From positions 71,798,001-71,862,000 of the forward strand of contig NC_087436.1 of NCBI RefSeq assembly GCF_036321535.1: a DNA stretch of 64,000 nucleotides, read 5' to 3'. The translations under genes were made by a program, and so were the position numbers. The DNA is from Camelus dromedarius. Its lineage: Eukaryota. Each line of letters starts with the position of its first letter. Positions within the stretch are counted from its first letter, which is position 1. The notes beneath the pieces were generated by a model. It was not told where the DNA came from. It saw nothing but the letters and a program-made list of their open reading frames with translations, and ran no database searches. Shown in pieces: positions 26,096-38,809 of this stretch.

Positions 26096-29000
26096 CTAAA
26101 ACTTAATCAGGCACAAATAATTAAGAGTTAGATTTCTATGTATTCCAATTCTTTTGAAAAGCTAAAGCAGATCTTATCACTCTTTTGTTCAAAACTGACC
26201 AATGGTTCCCATTTCACTTAAATCAATGTCAAAGTCTTTACAATGTTCCAAGGTGTCAAGGATTATGATGTCTCAGTCACTTATGTAACCAAGTTCTAAG
26301 AACACTACAGGTGCTTAATAAAATAGTTGCTGAATGAACAATTTCCAACATCTAGGTGAAATCTAACAAGAATATTCTCGGCATGTCAAATGATGGTGAG
26401 CAGCAGTAATATTAGGACATTAGATACTTGCTTACTTGAATTCATAACTATATATGTATCGAATCTGATAAATTTCAATCAAATTTTTATTTGAGTAATT
26501 ACTGGAACAGATTACTGCTACCTATTGTAATAGTTTTCTCTACTCATTCGTTTTGCTTTAAGTGAGTCAAAAGGTAGTTTTTAAAAGGTACATTTTTATG
26601 CCTGTAATAAGAATAGACTCTACTTCTGCTCATTTGTGATTTTCCCTAAGTTTCAAAATCCTAAAGGTAGAAAAAAATGTTAACTCTTTCTTAGGTGAGG
26701 CTTTAGAACATTTGTATTATCAATCTCAATGAACTTACAGAAAGATACTTTCTAATTTTAAAATTAATTGTATTTTGCATAGAAATTAGTCATAAAATCT
26801 GAATTTGCACACAGAAGCCAAATAGTAATATACAACCAAATGTAAAGCAATGCTTACCCTCCTCCACCCATATCAAAAAATGCTTTGGAAAAGGGGCAGT
26901 CACATTGTATGCTTCCTTATTTGGGGACGACACATTAGCCCAAATAATACTAGGATATAAGTATATGTAAAATTCACATGATAATTTTTCTAAAGGAAAG
27001 AAATGTAACAGGGTTAAAAATTTATTCCCAGTCTTCAATTCTAAATGCTGGATCACATTTTAAAACTACTTGGTAAATGATTTCACTGTAGCAATCAAGA
27101 ATAGACAGAAGAAAAATGAAAACCCCAGGTGTCTTAAAGTTATATGAACAGATGTTTATACACAGCTGCAAAAGTACTTTATCTCACTAATCTTAAACTG
27201 AAGGAAAGATGTGTTCTGACAAGCTGTGCTAATGACCCAAAACGTTAAGTGTTAAAGACATTTACGTCAAGGTACATGTCAAGAATCAAAAATAAAATTA
27301 TTTCATAAAATGTCAGCGTGAACAAGAATCAATATTTTTCAAAATTACTTCATAAAGTATGTAGACATTTTAGTAGCTCCTCTATATCCTAAAGTTTATA
27401 TTTAAGTAGCTATTATCAACTAACTCAATTCATTGCGTAGCACTGACCCCAAGAATCATTTCAAAGGACTGATACATTAAAAGCTTTCCATAACTAAGTT
27501 TGTGGGGATTTTTTGGCATGACCTGGTAAAAGGTTCACAAAAATTACTCAGATGGCCCCTGGAAATTTGCTGCTCTTTGTAAGATGTCATTAACTCTTAT
27601 TTTGGAATAGTTTTACTAGACATACATGAAAATAACAATCATGAAAACACATGTGCAGGGAAAATACCCTCAAACTATAGAACTAATCATAACTTGCCCT
27701 GTCTTGGTTTCCCCACTGAAATCTTACTTTCTAATTCACTGAGTTTGTTGCCTGCTGGCAGACAAGAAGCAGGAGGTATGCAGTTTGAGTCACATGGTGT
27801 TTCCACAAAAGTCTTGTCTTCATCCTAAGAATAGGACTACTGTGCAGTGAATTTAAGCAAATATGAAATTTAAATATTTTAAATTACAAAGATTAAAAAT
27901 TAATTATCACTTGCATTATTAAAAGAATCTTCATGGCCAGCTGTACTCAACAGATATTGTTTATTAGCTTATTAATCTGGATGTGAGTCTCAATGATATC
28001 AGTAACTCCTGATTGGTAGGATCTGTCTCTACTAAATCTGTTTCCACCACAGCACTTCACACATCTAAATGTCACAGATACAGCATATTTTATTTACTAC
28101 ATTTAAAATGTTTGAAAGAAATTAATAAACTCAATTTTTAGAAAGAGATCTATAAGCACTCTCTAACTCAAATGTTCTATTTGTCTGCTGGTTATTTAGA
28201 ACTCAGGATAGCACCCTTTGAGCCTCCAACTCTCCACCAATCACTCTAAACTGTGCAGCTCTGAAATAGTTGTTAGATCTTGTGTTGCTAATACATCCCA
28301 CCCACAATAAGGGCGCTTGTGGTAGAAGGTAGGAAAGCAGTTATTATGCAAATACCACTCAAGTCTTATATTCCTATAGTCATATACTGAACGCTGTTTA
28401 CATTATGGAAATCAAAGTTTATCAAATATTTACAGCACAGAGAATTGTGCTATAACACAATGAATGCATCCTGATAAACCTCACATTCTGTAAATTAGCA
28501 CATTAAAAATAATATGACATAGGGAAAAAATAGGATTGGGGACACTTCACTCAAAATTTAAGCAACTCTAATCAGAACACTACAAATAAAGAAATACTAC
28601 AGTAAATATGTCTTAACTTTTAAAAGAAAAGAGAACACTGTAATAGCACTTTCAAGAAATATCATTCAGCCAAACTGAACCAGGACAAAAAAACTCAGGT
28701 GAATGAGCATCACATTAAATATATTATCTACTCTTTGACTTGGTGTATTCAAGTGTGTTAGTATACTTTACATTCAGCCCCTATCATCTGATTGTACAAA
28801 ACATAAAAATACTGGGAAAAACTGTATACAAATCAATGTAACCTCAAAGTTATACTGCCATCATTCACCTAACTTTAGGTATCCATATATATATAATCTA
28901 AATCAAAACATTTTTCAAATTACCTCAAGAAAACAAGTATAAACTGAAATTGTCAGAAGCAAATTGAAACATATGATCATTCCATCTACTTATTAATTGT

Positions 29001-30329
29001 ATACGAGTATTCACTTGTTTTAAAGAAACATTCAATGGAGCAGAAAAGTTTTACTAAAATATCATTGACTTTGATCCTAGAGTCATGATAATAAAATAAT
29101 ACAAATTATGATTTAATGAGCAATAAAAATATTTAAGTCTACATACTTAAATAATCCAAACACATTATTTACTTTAGTTTCTCATTGCAAACGAAAATCC
29201 TGTTTCATTGCAAACACACACCCAATAAATTAACTGAATAGCCATCAGCAATATGTTCTTTTTGATAGAGTCAGATTATTTAAAAATATGTCTACTTGAC
29301 ACTCAAAGCTCAAGACTTCTTAAATGTGGCTAAGTTGTCTATATGATATGCTGGAAAAATGGCTTTGAAATATACATGCATATGCAAAACCTCATCCAAA
29401 ATCCATATTTTTGTAAAAGAAAAGAGATAGTTCAAATGTCAAAAGCCCCATGAGTCATGATTAATAACTCAAGAAGTAATTCCTTAGTATAAACAGTCTA
29501 ATATCAGAGAAAGAAAATTAAGATAATTTAGTATACTACAACTTCACCCCAAATCACGAAGGAGATTATACCAAAATTATAAAATTTCTTCTATTGGACA
29601 TCTGGCACCTACCACATATCCCCCAACAAAATCAAAGCCATCCTTTCCCAAAATGATACCCAAATACATTCTCCAATGAATACATACTAAATTAGATGAG
29701 TCATGAACATAACAAATCACAAATCTTTAAAAATGTGAAGGTGAAATATCCTAGCTAAGAAAGGTGACCTAAAACTTATATTAAAAGATATACAAAAATT
29801 TGAAGAGTTTGGTATCAAAAATCTTAATGAATTCTTACTTTTTGTGAGCAAATCCAAGAAGAAGTAGCTATAGAACATTCTAAACAATCCTCGCTGTCTT
29901 CCCAACACATCTCCTATTCATGGCTCTATTTGCCTCAAGTTATGACAACAGGACATCAGTGATTATACCACAGAAATTATTTTGATGCTTGCCCTGGGCC
30001 CTTCACTATAGGTTGCTAAGAAATGTAGCCTGCCTCTGCACCCTGCCCAGGCACACTGGGGAGGCAGGGTGAGGGTGGGAGTAGGGTAAAAAGAGAAGGA
30101 AAGGAGGAAAATGGGAGGGGATTAAAAAAGAACAAAAGAACAACAACAACAACAAAAAAAGCCATCAGGACAAAGAAAATGTCAGTCTCCCAGGCACCTT
30201 CCAGCAAGAAATCCCGTATTTAACTGAAGAAAACATGTCTCAATTTTCCATTAACTTATATAAAATATTCTATTTAATTCTACTTCTTCTAATCCCCTTC
30301 AAAACATTAACTATAGAGGCATACCCCAG

Positions 30330-30700
30330 GAATGTATAACTACAATTCCCTCTGCCTGGAATCACTAAGATTTTCAAATAACTAGCTTATTCTCAACATT
30401 CAGGTTTCTGTTTAAATTAGTCATTCCTCAGAGTATTATTTTCTCAGCCCATGAACAAAATAGCTACTCCTCTCTGTCACAGTCTATCCCATCATCTTGA
30501 CTTCACTTTTTAATAGTATCAATGCCAATATTAAATTGTATTATTTATTTTCTAGTCAAATTATATATTGTCAGTCTTCTCAACTAAAATATAAGTTCCT
30601 ACAAAGTAGGAACTTCATCTGTCTTTTTCACAGCTGCAGTCTAAGCCAGGAGCAGTGCAGGACACCTAGGAGGCAGTCGATAAATATATGTTGAATCGTA
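30330..30700 (+). mobile_element. L2 3' end
   Basis: ttccctctgcctggaat ... ggacacctaggaggcagtcgataaatatatgttgaat. Confidence 0.65.
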
Positions 30701-31203
30701 TCACTAAAGATATTTAACTTTGACAAGTCCTTTACTTGGATACTCTGAAATGTATCTCTATGCTTTCCATAGCTTTCATCACCTTAAAAAATTTTCTGAC
30801 AGAGTATATCCATGAAGCATATCTTTTTCATCTAGAGTATTATTGCAATGAACATTTATACAGTTGAGTATACATCCTTTTTTTGAAGCTAAAAAAATAT
30901 TAAACACAAAAATGTTCTTGTGCTAACAGAGATTTACTCATATTTTTAATCCATCATTAATTTCAGAATCCTAAAAGAAACACAGAAGAGCTTTGTCTCT
31001 GTGTGCATTAATTACAGAACAAAATAGATTTGTATTATAAAACACAAAAGGAACATTATTGTCCAGACTATTTAAATACTGAAAAAGTCTATCATAACAG
31101 ACTACAGAATTTCCCCATCTGAATTTTTTTTAGAAAGTGACAGCGAATTCAAAGGTCTGCTTTCCATTTAACATAAAATAAAGAAGCAATTTTACTTCCT
31201 TGG

Positions 31204-31582
31204 TGCTATGGACCAAAATCCTTGTGTCCCTCCTAAAATCATACGTTCAGATATACCCCACAATGTAATGGTATTAAAAGGTGAGGCCTTTGGGAAGTAA
31301 TAAGGATTAGATGTCATGAGGATAGAGCCTTCATGAATGGGACTAATGCCCTTAAAAGAGTCATAAGAGAACTTGCTTCCTATCTTTGCTCTCCACCACA
31401 TGAAAGTACAAGAAGTCAGCTGTCTACAACATGGAGGAGGGTCTTCAGTAGAACCTGACACCACACTGTCACCCTGAGATCTCAGACTTATAGCCTCCAG
31501 AACTATCAGCCATAAATTTCTGTTGTTTACAAACCACTCAGTCTGTAATACGTTATTATAGCAGCCTCATTTGACTGAGACA
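31204..31582 (+). mobile_element. MaLR solo LTR (MLT1A-like), complete
   Basis: TG...CA termini, perfect 5-bp TSD cttgg on both sides, motifs ggtgaggcctttgggaagt, agcctccagaact and ttatagcagcc. Confidence 0.92.
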
Positions 31583-34500
31583 CTTGGAGAATTCTGGGGC
31601 ACATTGCTTTAAATTCTCTTTATCTACAGCCTTAGAGTAATGGTTCTCAACTTTAGCTACACACTAGAATTAACAGAAAAAGTACTGATGCCTGCCATAT
31701 CCTCAGATACTCTGATTTAATCATTCTGGAGTATGGGTTGGGTATAAGAATTTCTAGAAGCCCCCAGTTTAATACGAATGCAAGACCAAGATTAAACCAC
31801 AGTCTAAAAAATAAAAATTAATAGCTCCATCATGAAAGTAGTTTAATATATGAAGACAAAAATAACTTCTTTTAATTGAAAGGCATTTAGTTATCCTAAC
31901 GGCTGTTAGATTTAGTTTACATTCAAAAACAGCCAAACATTTTATCAATCACATAAAAGACATCAGAACTTTTCTTTCTCATGCTTCCTCTCAGTTATTA
32001 AACAAACACATCAAAATACCTCTAATATACTCAGCACTATGCTAAGAACTGATGGATAAAACTGGATCACTGGACTCTTGTAATCAGGCATCCACCCCTA
32101 CCTTTCAGATAACCCCACCTCAACCACCACTATGATTACTCTCTCCTCTCCATCAGCAGTTAGATTGTTATCACGAGTACAACTGTAATGCCAAATGTAT
32201 ATATCCCTTTGGGGGACTAGTGTTCAAGTTTAACTACAGATCTACTGAATGTCAAGCTCTGTTTTTACTCAAGGATTATTCATAGGATTTAGCCAATCCT
32301 GGTTAAAAAAGTAGTAATTCTGTAAAGAATAGGTATCCTGGAATATAAAAGGTATGGCCTCACTAATTAATCACCTGCTTAAATGGTGCTGGGAGAAAAA
32401 AGTTGACAGTCTTACTTATCACACCATGTATTACAATATAAAATTAATTCTAGTAAGACTGAGTTAAAAAACATACAGATGAATATTAAGGGGAAAAATC
32501 TGTTTTTAAATATAAAAGAAGAGAAATTAATTACAAAGGAAAAGAAAAGACACTTTTATATAAAAAGGTTTTGCAAAAAAACTTATAAAAAATGTAAATA
32601 ATAATCTCAGAAAAAAAATTTACCACATTTGACAAAGATTCATATCAATACATAAAGATTCTCTCAAAACATAAAGCCATTTTTCCCTAGCAAAATGGCC
32701 AGAAGACATTTAACAAATGTTTTTCTAGTAGAAAAACTAGAAATAACCTAGATAACAAATAATACAAATGCACAGTAAGTTATATTCTCAAGCTAGAACA
32801 GTACAAAATCACCAAAAGAATCATTTTCAGAAAAATTAATAAAATAGAAAAAAGCTCAAGGCATGTATATGTTAAAGGTTAGGACACAAAATTCTCAAGT
32901 CTAGTAAAAATTCAGATGTGAGCAAAAAATTGAGATGTAAATATTAAAATGCTGTATTTTTCCTATATGCTTCAAAATCTTTACAATGAATATGTATTAA
33001 TGTAATTAACAAAAGTTTCAAAATCCATATCCCTTGAACTAGAAATCTACTAGAAATTTTCTGAAATCCAGAGGAAACACAGAAAAACACTCATTGCAGA
33101 ATTATTTATAATATCCAAAAAAAAGATAATTTTGAAAGATTTATTTAAATTGATACTTCCAGCAAATATTTAAGGACATAGAAAATATAAATAACATAGA
33201 AGCGGGAAAAATCAAGATATATAATACTTTAAAACAATATGGTCCCAATTTATAAAAAAGGTTATATATCTGTATTTGCACAGAGAATGGACTGAAAGGA
33301 AACATATACCATAATAACATTGTTCATTTTAACTTTATTTGAACCATTCTATATTTTCCAAGTTTTCTGAGATTTTACAATTAATAAAGTTTTCCATCCT
33401 ATTCCTAAACAATTGACAATAGAGTGTTTGCCACTAGTAGTAACCTGAAACAGTTTATTTTAAATTGCTTCAAAATGTATTTACTTTTCTAAACATAGGA
33501 AGCTGAGAGCAATTTTTAGAATTTTTCACTAAGTATGTTCAGGCCTCCTTAATATGTACTATGAAACATAAGCATATTAGATGCTGCTATACAAACACAG
33601 TACACTATCAAGAGTTAACACTGGCAGTCAGTTGTGCCACATGCATCCGCAACTGGAACTGCTTGACACTGTTATCTGTTGAGTAAATACTGCATGTACA
33701 CAATATGAAATGACTTTGTAACTAAACAGATGAGGGCTAGAAAGATTATAAGATGTGGCACCCTATTAGCCACAAAAGATATTTCAATGCAAATTTGCCA
33801 CAGCTTACTCAGTCTATTTTAGTATAATTCTCTCCACAATCCAGAAGTTTAAATATAGTGATTATATGGTTTATAGCCACAGCAAAGTAAATGGTACTTG
33901 ACTAAGCTTCCCATCTCTTTTCAGACAATGGACAGCAGGCAAAATAAAAATATGATGACTGGAAAAAAATAAAGTGAAGCCTACAACTTCCCCATCTTTT
34001 TGTTATAGCCAGCAGTACTTGAGGAAAATAAGGCAGAGAACTCAAGTTCTATTTAGTTCAGAAGACAATGACCATTGGAGAGATTAGAGAAGCTGAAAAA
34101 GCTAAAATTTGTAGGGCAGAAAACTGGTGAGAAGAACCTGGAATAGAACCATCAGGGAATTATGACCTAATAACTATAGGAGCTCCTGCAGAGTTGGGAT
34201 ACATTAAGATTCAACTAGCTATAGGAAAAGGATTTCTCTGAATACCTGGGGTATCTGGTACAGAATCCAGAAAGGCCACACATACAAATGAGAAGGACTA
34301 CTCTACTAGAATACTAGAAAGATGATATAAAAATGCTTAAAATAAGCTTCAAAAGAATGAAGCTTATCTGCAAGTAACCTGCTGGCCAAAAATAAATTCA
34401 ATACTTTTTAAAGAAAGACAACAATATTCAGACATTTTCTGACAATGTAATATCACAGTGTTAAGCATCAAAGAAAAGTTACTGGACTTGCAAAGAAGCA

Positions 34501-37500
34501 AGAAATTATGTCGCATAACTAGGGGAAAAACATAAAAAGAAACAGACCTTGAAATGACAAGCATGGAATTAACAGACAAGGACTTTTAAGCTCTTTTAAA
34601 TATGCTCAAGGATTCAAAGAAAAATGTGGACATATTGAAGAGAGAAATAAAATCTATAAAAATAAAAGATCAAACAAAATTTACATAGCTGAAAAATACA
34701 GTATTTGTTATAAAAAAATTCACTGAATGACATATAAAAATTCCTTGGATGAAACTGCAGAAGAAAAGACCAATGAACTTGAGACAGAGCAATAGAAATT
34801 ATTCAAACTAAAGCATCAAGAGACAAAAGGCTGAAAAAATGTACAGAGGCAATGTTACCTTGTGTAACTGGAATCCCAGGAAGAGAGGAGGAGGAGGGTA
34901 GAAAAAATACTTGAAGAAATAATGCTGAGAAATTCTTATAAAGAGAAAAATATAAACTCAAATTCAGTAAGCTCAACAAATTTCAAGCAGGATAAACACA
35001 AAGAAAACTGCACCAAGGCATGTAACAATAAACCCACTGAAAATCAATAATAAAGAAAAAAAAATCTTACAACAGACAGAGGAAAAAAGACAGTGTGTAC
35101 AAAGGAAGAAAGATAAGAATGACTACTGACTTCTTATCAAACAGAATGGACGCCAGAAGACAAAAGAAAGATTCTATTTTGAAGTGCTGAAAGAAAAAAA
35201 TCTTACAACCAAGAACACAATATACAGTTAAAATACACTTCAAACATAAGAGGAAATAGATATTTATAGACAAAATCTTAGAAAATTTTTGTCAGCAGAC
35301 CTGCACTATAAGAAACATCAAGGAAAATTATTCAAGTGGATGGGAATTCTTCAAATTGATAATTAATAAAACTGGATTCATGTAATGAATATCAGAAATG
35401 ATATAAAAAATATGTGTATTCCCTTTCCTCATTTAAGAAAATATCTTTAAATAACAACACTCTATTCTGGAGATTCATAACATACGTAGAAAAAATATAT
35501 AACAATAATCCCATAAGAGACATAGGATAAGTAAAATATACAATTATAAGGTTTTTATATATGAAGCATGAAGTGGTGTATTAGTATATGAAGGCAGCTA
35601 TAGGTTAAAACATGTATACTGCAAACCCTAAAACAACTACCTAAAAATAATAAAAAGAGGTAATAAAGCAAAAAAGGTAATAAAAATAATCAAATAAAAT
35701 ACATGAACAGTGGAAAAAAGGAGCAATAACAAATGGGACAAACAGAAAACAACTAGCAAGATAGCAGACTCAAACATAAAATACTGGTAATTACATGCAG
35801 TAAAAATGGACCAGATATACTGATTAAAAGGCAGAGATTGACATTCTGGATAAAAAGGCAAGAGCTAACTATTTGCTGTCTACAAAAAACACGTTTTAAA
35901 TATAAAGACAGAGAGAGGTTAGAAGAATGGAGAAATATGTCTTGAAAACACTAGTCTTAGCAAAGTTGGTAGAGCTATTAATATCAGACAAAGTAGAATC
36001 CTGACAAAACGAAGAATACTAGCAAAGATAAAGATGGACATTTAATTACATAAAAAGATCAATTTAGCAAGAAGAAACAATAATCCTAAATGTTTATGTA
36101 TCTCATAAAAGAGATCCAAAATACAATGCAGCAAAACCCAACAGATTAGAAAGAAAAAACGAGCCTCTCTATAATTACAGTTGAAGATTTCAAAACTCAT
36201 CTCTCAGTAGCTGATAGACAAGTAGACAGAAAAATCAGCCAGAATATAAAAGACTTGAACATTATTAACTAACATAATCTAGATGACATTTATGGAACAC
36301 TCATCCCATTCATCCTAACAACTGCAGTTGTTAGTTATGCATGGAACATTTACCGAAATGAACCATATTTGGGACCACAAAACAAGTTTCAATACAGTTA
36401 AAAGAAGTGAAATCATAGTATAGTATATTCTCTGACCACACATAATTAAATTGGAAACCTGTAACATCCCAACATTTTAGAAATGAAACACTTTTAAATG
36501 ACCCATAGAACCTTTCTCAAAAATAGTTCCTCATCTAAACCACAGATGACCAAAAATGATTTGAGTGACTATTTTCTCAATTCTCCCAGGGATGATATAT
36601 AAACAGTATCATTATACATGCACACGAGAAAAGAGATATCTTAAGCACTGGAGCTTAATTCTCCCATGAAATCCCAGTTGAGAAAGGCAGAATAATTCAA
36701 AGAGGAAATCACAAGAAAAATTATAAAACACTGAGAACAAAACAATAATGAAAATACAACACAGAAAAATTTGTGGTATATACCTGAAGCAGTGCACAGA
36801 AAGAAAATTTATAGCTTTTAATATCATAATAGAAAAAAAGAAACATTAAAAACAATAATCTAAGTTTCCATTTAAAATAAGAACAAATTAAATCCACATG
36901 AGTAGAAGTCAATGAAACAGAAAGTGAATACAGAAAAATCAATGACATGAAATGAAAATCGAAGTTTACAAAAAATAAAATTGATAGATTTCATATTAGA
37001 CTATCCAATAAAAAGAGAAAATGCAAATTACCAGTATCAGGATTGAAAGAGGGAAGATTATTACAGATCTTACCATTATTTAAAGAGTACAGGACTATTA
37101 TGAACAACTCTATGTCAATTAATTAAACTTAGATTGAAATAGACAAATTCCTTACCAGACTTAAAATTACCAGAACTGACCAGAAAAAAAGCTAAATAGC
37201 TATGTATCTGCCAAAGAAAGTGAATTTTTCATTAAAAATTTTCCCACAAACAAAACACTGGGTACAGAAGGCTTCACCGGTAAATTCAATCATTCAATTA
37301 TACACAAGCTTCAGAAAATAGAAAAGAAAGATATACTTCCACTTTATGAGGATAACATTTCTCGACACAAAAACAGTCAAAGGTTTTTTTAAAGAAAACT
37401 AAAGACCAATATGCCTTGTGAAGAATAATAATCCTTCATAAGATATTAGTAAACCAAATCTAGCCATATCCAAAAGGAGGTCATACATTATGGCCAAAGG

Positions 37501-37547
37501 AAGTTTATCCCTAGAATACAAAGTTGGTTTAAAAACCAAGAGTAAAT

Positions 37548-37640
37548 GAGTGAGGGGGATAGCTCAGTAGCAGAGAGCATGCTTGGTGTGCATGAAGTCC
37601 TGGGTTCAATCCCCAGTACCTTCGTTTAAAAAAAAAAAAA
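37548..37640 (+). mobile_element. Short tRNA-derived SINE (camelid Vic-1-like)
   Basis: tagctcagtagcagagagcatgctt...cctgggttcaatccccagtacc plus poly-A; TSD aaaaaccaagagtaaat / aaaatccaagagtcaat. Confidence 0.9.
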
Positions 37641-38246
37641 AAATCCAAGAGTCAATTAACATAACTTACAAAATAACAAAATAAAGGAGGAAACTCGTAA
37701 GATTATCTCAAAAGATACAGATAAAACACCTGACAATTCAGTATCTTTTGATAATAAAAATTATTAGCAAACTAGGAATAGACAGGAACATCTCAACCAG
37801 ATAAAGGAGTTGAGAAAAAAGTATAGATGACATTCTATGAAGACTAAACACTTTTCTCCCTAAGATCAGGAGCAAGGCAATATTGTCCACAGGTCACCAA
37901 TTCTATTCAACATTTTATTAGATGTACTACCTAGGGCAATAAGGCAAGAAAAAAAAAATTAAAGGCATAAAGGTAGGGGAGAAGGGGAGAAAAACTGACT
38001 TTACCTGCATAGACGACGATGTATGTAGAAAATTCTACCATCTACCAAAAACAAACAAACAAAAACAAAACAACAACAAAAAACACAACCCTGGTAGAAC
38101 TAAATGAATTTAGCAAGCCTATAGAATACAAGGTCAATATACAGATGTCCACTGCATTCCTATATATAAGCAACAAACAACTGCTAAATAAAATAAAAAG
38201 AATTACCATTTACAGTAACTTTAAAAACCATAAAACACTTAGGGGA

Positions 38247-38809
38247 TAAAGGGATTAGAATATGCCACCCTAAAATATGCCACTTTGGCATAGGGATTAT
38301 TTTGACTGAAGGCAATTGAGAGACAGATGCAGAAGGAACTCTACGCCCTGCCCCTTTCTGCCTAGAAGAAGGACATGTATTTCCCTTTGTGAAGTGTTCC
38401 CTCCTGCCTTCTCCCAAACCAGAAAGAGAAAAACTCTGAAATACTGGAAATGCCTCTTTTCACTGATGATGGCTCCAACTTAAATCTGCATAAGAAATCT
38501 CAAAAATAAATAAGGGGTAAATAAATTTCTTATCTACCAATTAGGTTTTCCCATATAGTTACCTTCCTACAATTTACTGCCCTAGAAGCCTAAATCTCTT
38601 TTCCTTTGGCTAGTCAGAACACAATTTATCACCATTTGTTAAAATGATACGTAACTCCCAAGCCTAACTTCCTCTCTAGGTTTTCAGTTCTTTTCTGTGA
38701 GGTCCCCGTGTGCATGTATAATAAATCTCTCCTGTTATTCTGGTATCAGTTTAATTCACAGGTCTCATTCACTAAACCTAAGAGAGTAGATAAGTTTTTC
38801 TCCCTGACA
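38247..38809 (+). mobile_element. ERV1-class solo LTR (MER34-like) inserted into the L1
   Basis: agaatatgccaccctaaaatatgccactttggcata start, AATAAA near 38721, ends ...tccctgaca; interrupts the L1 motif cttaggg-gata-aatttaacaaaa. Confidence 0.78.

Noticed and set aside
37548..37640. tRNA-like sequences here and at 23830-23917
   Set aside because: Poly-A tails, TSDs and broken acceptor stems show they are SINEs, not tRNA genes.
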